Origin: Callorhinchus milii
Taxonomy: Eukaryota
Assembly: GCF_018977255.1 (NCBI RefSeq)
Contig: NW_024704743.1
Span: 3,226,001-3,290,000 of the forward strand
Reading direction: 5' to 3'
Length of the DNA stretch: 64,000 bases
Below, in pieces: positions 39,370-64,000 of the stretch. The notes under the pieces are model-generated. The model ran no database searches and had not been told where the DNA came from. It saw only the letters and a list, made by a program, of their open reading frames with translations. Numbering within the stretch: the stretch's first letter is position 1; each line of letters starts with the position of its first letter. Position numbers and translations under genes: made by a program.

Positions 39370-40100
39370 ATAGAATCTTACATGACTGGAGGATGCCATT
39401 CGAAAGAGCTATCCAACTAGCACCGTTCTTACCCCATAGCCCTGCAATATTTTCCTTTTTAAGTACCTATCATAATTCCCTTTTGAAAGCGATTATTGAA
39501 TCTGCTTCCACCATCCTTTCAGCCAGTACATTCCAGACCTTAACAAATCTGGGTTTAAAAAAAAATTATCTCTGTCTCCCCTCTGGTTCTTTTCCCAATT
39601 ATCTTAAATCTGTGTCCTATGGCTACCAACCCACACGCCGAGGAAACAGTTTCTCCTTATCTACTCTATCAAAACTCTTCATAATTTTGAACATCTCTAT
39701 TAAATCTCCCTTTAACCTTCTCTGCTCTGAGGAAAATAATCCCAGCCTCTCTAGTATCTCCACACAATTGAAGCCCCTCATCTCTGGTAGCGTTCGTGTG
39801 AATCTCTGCACCTCCTCCAATGCCCTGATGTTCTTCCTAAAGTATGTTACCTAGAATTGGACACAATACTCCAGCTGAGATCTAACCAGCGATTTGTAAA
39901 GGTTTAATATAACTTTGCTTTTGTACTCTATGCCTCTATTTATCAAACCATAGATCCCATATGCTTTCTTAACAGCTTTGTCAACTTGTCCTGTCTGCCA
40001 CCTTCATTGATTTGTGTATGTGAATCCCCCAGGTCTCTCTGTTCCTGCATCATTTACCTTATATTGCCTCTCTCCATTCCTCCTCCCAAAATGTGTTTCA
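39370..40100 (-). mobile_element. CR1 LINE 3' fragment
   Basis: Peptide QRFTRTLPEMRGFNCVEILERLGLFSSEQRRLKGDLIEMFKIMK. Confidence 0.87.
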
Positions 40101-42422
40101 TTGATTCAAGTGGACTTAAAGGACCACCGTGACTTTGATATTTGAAAGAAAAATGTCTTTTCTATATTTTTTTCCTAACTTCATGTCAATGGGTTGTTTT
40201 TTAATTGGATGTTGTTGGCAGTGTAGATGGGAGCTTGGCTATGTAACTTTCACTTTTGCTTCTAATATTTGGGGAGTGGAAATTAAACGAAAAATAAAAA
40301 TGTGAATGATGAAAGGAGGAGGTTGGAAGAATGTGGTGTTTAAAAACATCAGAGCTGTGCCACTAAACCCCACAACTGAAGAAACCCTGCTACGTAGTTG
40401 CATTTCATGTTTCCGGCCACGAGGTGGACCAGAGAGTCAGCAGCGGTCACCACTGCTTCCAGCCAGTTTATCCGTCCCTTGACCTGATTCCGACATTTCG
40501 TTGCCAAAGCATGTCACCTTCAAGCCAGAGCAGCTCCCAAGGAGACCACACGTACTTCCTCCCCAAGAAGGATTAGCTCCAATGGAGGAGCAAACACCAG
40601 CACAGAAGCGATGGTCTTCTGTTCTGCAAAAAGACTACTTGACTTCATCTCTGCCACCTGCACTCCTACCTCACGCTAGAAAAAATCATTCTAAACGCCT
40701 CCAAAAACTCTTATCCACGCCTTGTCATCTCCCGACTGGATTTTTCTAATGTGTTCCTTACTGGTTTCTCTAGCTCCATTATTCATAAACTTAATTATCT
40801 AATAATCTGCAGCGAACTCCACATGTCCATCACCCCAGTCCTCCACAGGGTCCTCTGGCTTCCTGTCACTCAGTGGATTGATTTCAAGGTCCTACCCTTC
40901 CAACCCTAGCGTCTCCCTATAATTTCATTCTACCACCTGCTCTGCTCAACCCTTCTCAGCTCTGCTAACTCAGGCTTGTCCTGTGTCCTCCGCCCTACCT
41001 GCATCGTCATCAGTGACCTGAGTGTTCCAATTCTGTGTCCCTTTCGAAACTCCTACCCTTAACCCCTCTGACTTGCCTTTCTTCTCTATCTGTCTTTTAA
41101 ATACTGCCTTAAAACCTACCTCTTGAATAATGTCTATTAGTCACTTTTCCCCTCTTCCCTCAGTAAAGCACCCGGAAGCATTATGTGAAAGGCACTGTAG
41201 AAATGCAAGTTATTCTGTATTACCAGAGGGAAATTATATCTCGTGGAGATATGGTGTACCACTCCCAATTATTTTAATCAATTACAGTGGAACCCTTTTA
41301 TAAGGCTCGTTCACCTACAAGATGTGTGCCCTTTAGACCTACAACTGGCTGCAAAATGCAAGATGTTCGCTTGAGCACATGCACTGTCCTGCTAAAAAAA
41401 AAANGACCGACTCCAGGTTGTTGCCAGAGTGAATTCCTGCACGCTGCATATGTGCAATGCACACAGGTAGTAACGAGCTAATAACCTGGAAGTCGGTCAT
41501 TTTTTGGATGGTGCATAGCTGACCAGAGAGTATGCACAGGGGTTACCTGGCTACCTTGCTCTTTATAGCAGCAAGATTGACAGTCAACACTGCCTACCAA
41601 CCAGCTGGTGCCTTATAATGAGCCTGCATTATATGCTGTTACTCAGAGCAACCTGTAATCCTTTCACTGAATTTGGATGCTCTGCTGGGTCTGATCTGGC
41701 ACATGGGGTTTGTTCATCCATCGTATGTATGTGTCTAAGGCTGTTGGTACTCTTTGAATGGTTGCAGATCATGGGCTGAGTCTTAATTGCTCAAGTGAAG
41801 ATTTCAATTGAATGTGAATAATATGATCACTGTTTGTGTGCGCGAAGTAAGGATGGTTTTTGATACATGCAGGGTCATGTATTGCTGCGCTTGAGTACAG
41901 TTATAGTTGCCACAACAGTGGTGTAGGAGCCATAGCCCAGCCTGGCTGCGGGGTGACTTCCTACCTAGAGAAGCACAATTTACAAATGGTGCTGACTTCT
42001 ACTATTTAACCCGAACTTGATGCAGGTGAGGCTGTGGAGTTTTGAATGAGCTGCACCTTGTGGATAGTGGAATTGGGGAGAACGGCGAGGAGTGTGTTTA
42101 AGAAATCAAAGCGGGAGGTGACAAAGGCATCAGTGAGGGTTTCAATGGCATTTGTTGTAAGATAGGGGGCGGGAAACGAAGTGGTGGAAAGTAATGCTGG
42201 TCAGGGACTGGATATCGGGTAGAAGGACAGCGACAGAGTGAGCACCAGCGCAGTCACGATAGAGAGAGAGCGGGGAATGGGATTAGAGGAGAGAGCTCCA
42301 GTTAGAGAATGAGCACCTTCTGTGTAATAATTGCTCTGACGTTCAGCGAAAGAGAGAGATAATCTGCTTTAGTCATGAAGAAATACATGGCCAGTAACTG
42401 AATCTGTTCTTCGCCTCTTCAG

Positions 42423-60141
<17,719 letters not shown>

Positions 60142-60464
60142 TGATGTGTTGGTAAAACTGGTTTAATGTCAGTCTTGTGAAACAAGAGAAGTTAGGGAAG
60201 AGCAGTTTGCAACTAACAGAGCTTCAGGTTTGTAACTTAGTAAACTGGCCTCTGGTTCCTGGTATCAGCATTAGCTCAATCAAGGTGAAAGTCTGTTGAC
60301 CCACTCCAGTCCATCTTCCCACTGGTATTGAGGTTCCCATGAAACCAAATCACTGTATAATCGGGTCAGATAGTGGCTTGTCACGCGATCAGTGCCCTCA
60401 GACAACAGCAGAGGATCGGCAGGTCGTTAAGATCGTGGAGGAATCGTTTTGTTTTGCAGGTAAC

Positions 60465-60712
60465 CTGATACTGTGTGCTGTCTGGTGTGTGTGTATCTGA
60501 TACTGTGTGCAGTCCTGTGTATGTAGTTGATATCGTGTGTGTGTGTATCTGATTCTGTGAGCTGCCCTGTGTGTGTGTGTGTGTGTACCTGATACTGTGA
60601 CTTGTCCTGTGTGTGTGTCTGATACTATGTGCAGTCGTGTGTGTATACACCCAATAGTGTGTACTGTCGTGTGTGTGTGTGTGTGCCTAGCACTGTGTGC
60701 TGTCCTGTGTAT
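60465..60712. repeat. (TG)-rich minisatellite (ctgatactgtgtgctgtcctgtgtgtgtgtac)n
   Basis: Tandem copies; the same unit recurs at 62635-63060. Confidence 0.85.
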
Positions 60713-60729
60713 GTGCTCCCAAATCTTCC

Positions 60730-62630
60730 CCCACATTCCTCCCTGACATCTCCACCCTCCTATCTTCCTTCTGCCTCTGTTCTGAACGCCTCCTCATCCT
60801 AGGCAACTTCATTCAACCTGCGCTTCATCCCCTCTTGCTCTGTCTCCACTGACTTCTCTCTCCTCTCACAACCTCGGGCTCCACATCCACTCAGCTATCC
60901 GTGGCCACCCGCCTGACCTGGTGATTACCCGGGTCCTCAGCATCTCAGACATCACCACCATCACCTACAAAGCTATTTCGGACCACTACTACTTCTCCCT
61001 TAACTCCTCCATCCCGCCACTCAACCCACATCCATCTCGTACCGCCCCTGTAAAAAAAGAGTCTTCCCCCCTCCCTATCCGCTGTCCTAGAGTCATCTGA
61101 ACTCCTCCCCTTCTGGGCTTCCTCCCGCATTGACTTATCCTCCTTGGTCACTCTCCTCCACACTCCATCTCTGACACTCTCGAAGTGCTTGACCCCCTCA
61201 CCTCCCGAACCACCTCCTAGTATCGCAAGTCATCCTGGTACACCAGCCACCTCCACTCCCTCACGGCACAGTGCGTGCCGCCGAATGCACCTGGCTCAAA
61301 TCAAACCTGGATTTGATTCCCGGCAGGGCGAAGTTTTGGTCAAGTTTCCTTACCACATGCCTCTTTACCTAGCAGTAAGTAGGAACCCAGTTGTTATTCG
61401 ATTGGTGGTTTGCTTTTCCTGGGTAATAATGCCTTAAAAAAAAATATGTTGATCACGACCGTTTGTGGGACGCTGCTGAGCGCAATTGGCTGCCGTGTTT
61501 CGCCCACAAAATATATGGTCAATTCACTTTACAGTATATTCTGTGAAGCGTTTTGAGACATCTTGAAGATGTGATAAGGAGCTATTTAAAGTGAATATTA
61601 TCTAATTTGAATGGTCCCGTCGGCAGATTTGGCTGGACCACATTAAAACTTACCGTTCTGTCCTCGCTTCCGCTAAATCGTTCTTCTACTCCCAAGATAA
61701 TCTTGGAGGCCATCCTTTAATCTCGCGCCTCGCCCATCCTCTCCAACTGTAAGGAGACCAAAATCTAGGGGATCCACTCAGCCGCCTCTGCCCTTCCAAC
61801 TACTACCCTCTCCCCATCTCCCCTTCACGCTCCGGCCCCTGCCCATCCCTCCCTCCACATCTTTGCAAGCGAGAGACCTGAGTTCAATTCCAGGCAGAGG
61901 GCGAAACCTTGGGCAAGTTTCCTTACTCCACCCAGAGCCTAATAATAATCCCTCCAAAACCAAAAACAATAATAAATTGGTCATTTTCAATCTACGACTG
62001 TTTGTGGGACATTGCTGTGCGCAATTGGCTGCCGCGTTCGCCCACAAATATACAGTCAATTCACTTTACAGTGTGTTCTGTGAAGCGCTTTGGGACGTCC
62101 TCCTGACGTGAAAAGCGCTATATCAAATGCGAGGATAATTATTATTATTATTATCTTCAACCTTGTCTATCCCTCCTCTCTCACCACCATTGTGACCCAT
62201 ATGAAACCCACCACCTGTTCCTTCGACCCCAGAGGATAGAGTTAAAAATCCTCTTCCTCGCCTTCAACTCCTTCCACTGCCTTTCATTTCCTTACCTCTT
62301 ACCTACTAACCCCATATCAATCTGTTCACTCTCTCCATCCAACCTGTTACACTTCCCCCGCCTGGCCAGTCCCACCATTGGCGATGGTGCCTTCAGCCTC
62401 TGCCCCCATCCTTTGGAACTCCATGCCATAGTCCCTTTGCCTTGCTCCCTCCCTTGCCATCTTCAAAGCATGTCGAAGACATTGACTGCGCCTTAGGTCA
62501 TCCTCCTACCACTACCTTCCCTGCCCTCTACCCTTCCTGATCCCAATCTCCTCAAGTCCAAATCCCTGACCATCCAGCATCTTGGGAAGTCCTCCGGATG
62601 TGAAAGGTGCTTTTCAAATGTAATTTGTTG
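60730..62630 (+). mobile_element. Fragmented L2 LINE (endonuclease-region remnant to 3' tail) with two nested SINEs
   Basis: LPDISTLLSSFCLCSERLLILGNF resembles the APE endonuclease LILGDFN motif; L2 tail ends …aaatgtaatttgttg. Confidence 0.7.
61862..62152 (+). mobile_element. SINE, internally deleted young subfamily
   Basis: Near-identical to 6610-6932 and 34565-34870. Confidence 0.85.
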
Positions 62631-62634
62631 TGGG

Positions 62635-63060
62635 TGTGTGTGCTTGAAACTGTCTACTGTGTGTGTACCTAGTACTGTGTGCTGTCTGGTGTGTGTGCAT
62701 ACCTGATGCTGTGTGCTGTCCTGTGTAAGTGGGTGTGTACCTGATACTGTGTGCTTTCTGGTGTGTGTGTGTGTGTGAGAGTTCAGTGTATCTGATACTG
62801 TGTGCTGGTTGGTTGGTGTGTGTGTGTACCTAATACTGTGTGCTGTCCTGTGTGGGTGGGTGTGTGTGTGTACCTAATACTGTGTGCTATCCTATTTGTG
62901 TGTACCTGCTGCTGTGTGCTGTCTGTTGTGTGTATGTGTGCACCTGATATTGTGTGCTGTCCTGTGTGTGGGTGTGTGTATATATACCTGAAGCTGTGTC
63001 CTGTGTGTGCGTGCGCGCACCTGATGCTGTGTGCTGTCCGGTGTGTACCTGATAGTGCAT
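62635..63060. repeat. (TG)-rich minisatellite, same unit as 60465-60712
   Basis: Tandem copies. Confidence 0.85.
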
Positions 63061-64000
63061 GCTGTACTTCGCGGGGTGTGTGCGCGTGCGTGCGCCCACG
63101 TCGGATATACATGTGCGTATCCACACGGGCGGACGGGGACGTGCAGGCCTACCCATGTGTGTATGAGAGAGAGTGAGTACCAGATGCTGTAACTAGCAGC
63201 AGAGTGATGAATGCTCTTTCGCACCATCATCTCTGTTGTGCGACTAATGTTTGCTTCTCAAGTACTAGTTAATTTTCCACATGTATACCGGCGAGCGCGC
63301 ATGCGTACACACGCCCCTGACCTTAGGGGAGAAGCTGGTTTGTTGCCATGGCACCAGTTTGACAGATTGTTTTTGTGAACTCGACCCCTACGGTGCTGTG
63401 ATTGTGTCTGTGAAAAAGTGCCACTTCGTTGATGCTGCGTCTGCTGTGTGTTAGAGGCGTGCACCGGCAGCCTGCGGTGTCCTGTCCGGCCACACTACGG
63501 CAGTGATCCGTGTGAGACGTGGGACTTTGCTCCAGTGGGCAGACCAGCCCTCAGCTATACGTGGACTCGGACTGAACAATTGCGGCGTCTCGGCTCGTAC
63601 ACTCGCCCTCCTTCCCCCTTTCCCCACACCCCCCCCCCCCTTCCCCCCCCATTCCGTGTCAGTAAATCAGCACTCACCGTGGAAACCTGATGGAGGGGGG
63701 TAACAGGGAGAGGAGACACCAGGCAATACAACGTGACACAAGCAATGTGTGGAAACTACAGAGTTTTTCAGTCTGCTATAAAGCAAGAGGAAGCCGGAAT
63801 CTTGTCAGGATTGGGATATGTTTCGGGCATGTGGCAGCTTATCTGAATGGTCTGATGGTTTGCGACAGAATCTTGCCGGTCGGTATCGGTCACCGTTGAG
63901 TGCTCCCGATAGTGTTTCCCCGACAGATGCATGTCCAGAAGAGCGTTGAATCCGGCCGGGTAGAGCATGGGATCGGATCAATGGAGCAGGACTTATGGTG

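Overview
Vertebrate, intron-rich genomic DNA. The repeat content (one very abundant tRNA-Ala-headed SINE, CR1 and L2 LINE fragments, a Penelope-type palindrome) suggests a cartilaginous fish, possibly a chimaera; the taxon is an inference. Three housekeeping genes are recognisable by translating spliced exons: the 5' part of CPSF1 (+), most of ADCK5 (-) and the 5'/middle part of PUF60 (+). Exon numbers follow my recollection of the human orthologues. The main anomaly is a base-precise inversion of about 14038-17745. One breakpoint splits a CPSF1 coding exon (…DEIE | VYGNEAQ…). The other lies about 30 bp into the ADCK5 intron after exon 13. CPSF1 exons 14b, 15 and 16 therefore sit on the minus strand and ADCK5 exon 14 sits on the plus strand, with a 25-N gap inside the inverted block hiding the rest of both genes. 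Other oddities: a 1-nt frameshift in CPSF1 exon 9, a GC-AG intron in ADCK5, a Penelope-like palindrome with a degenerate hammerhead core nested in a SINE, two MITE-like inverted-repeat elements, and a G-rich minisatellite beside the second gap. Most long ORFs in the supplied track are repeat artefacts.
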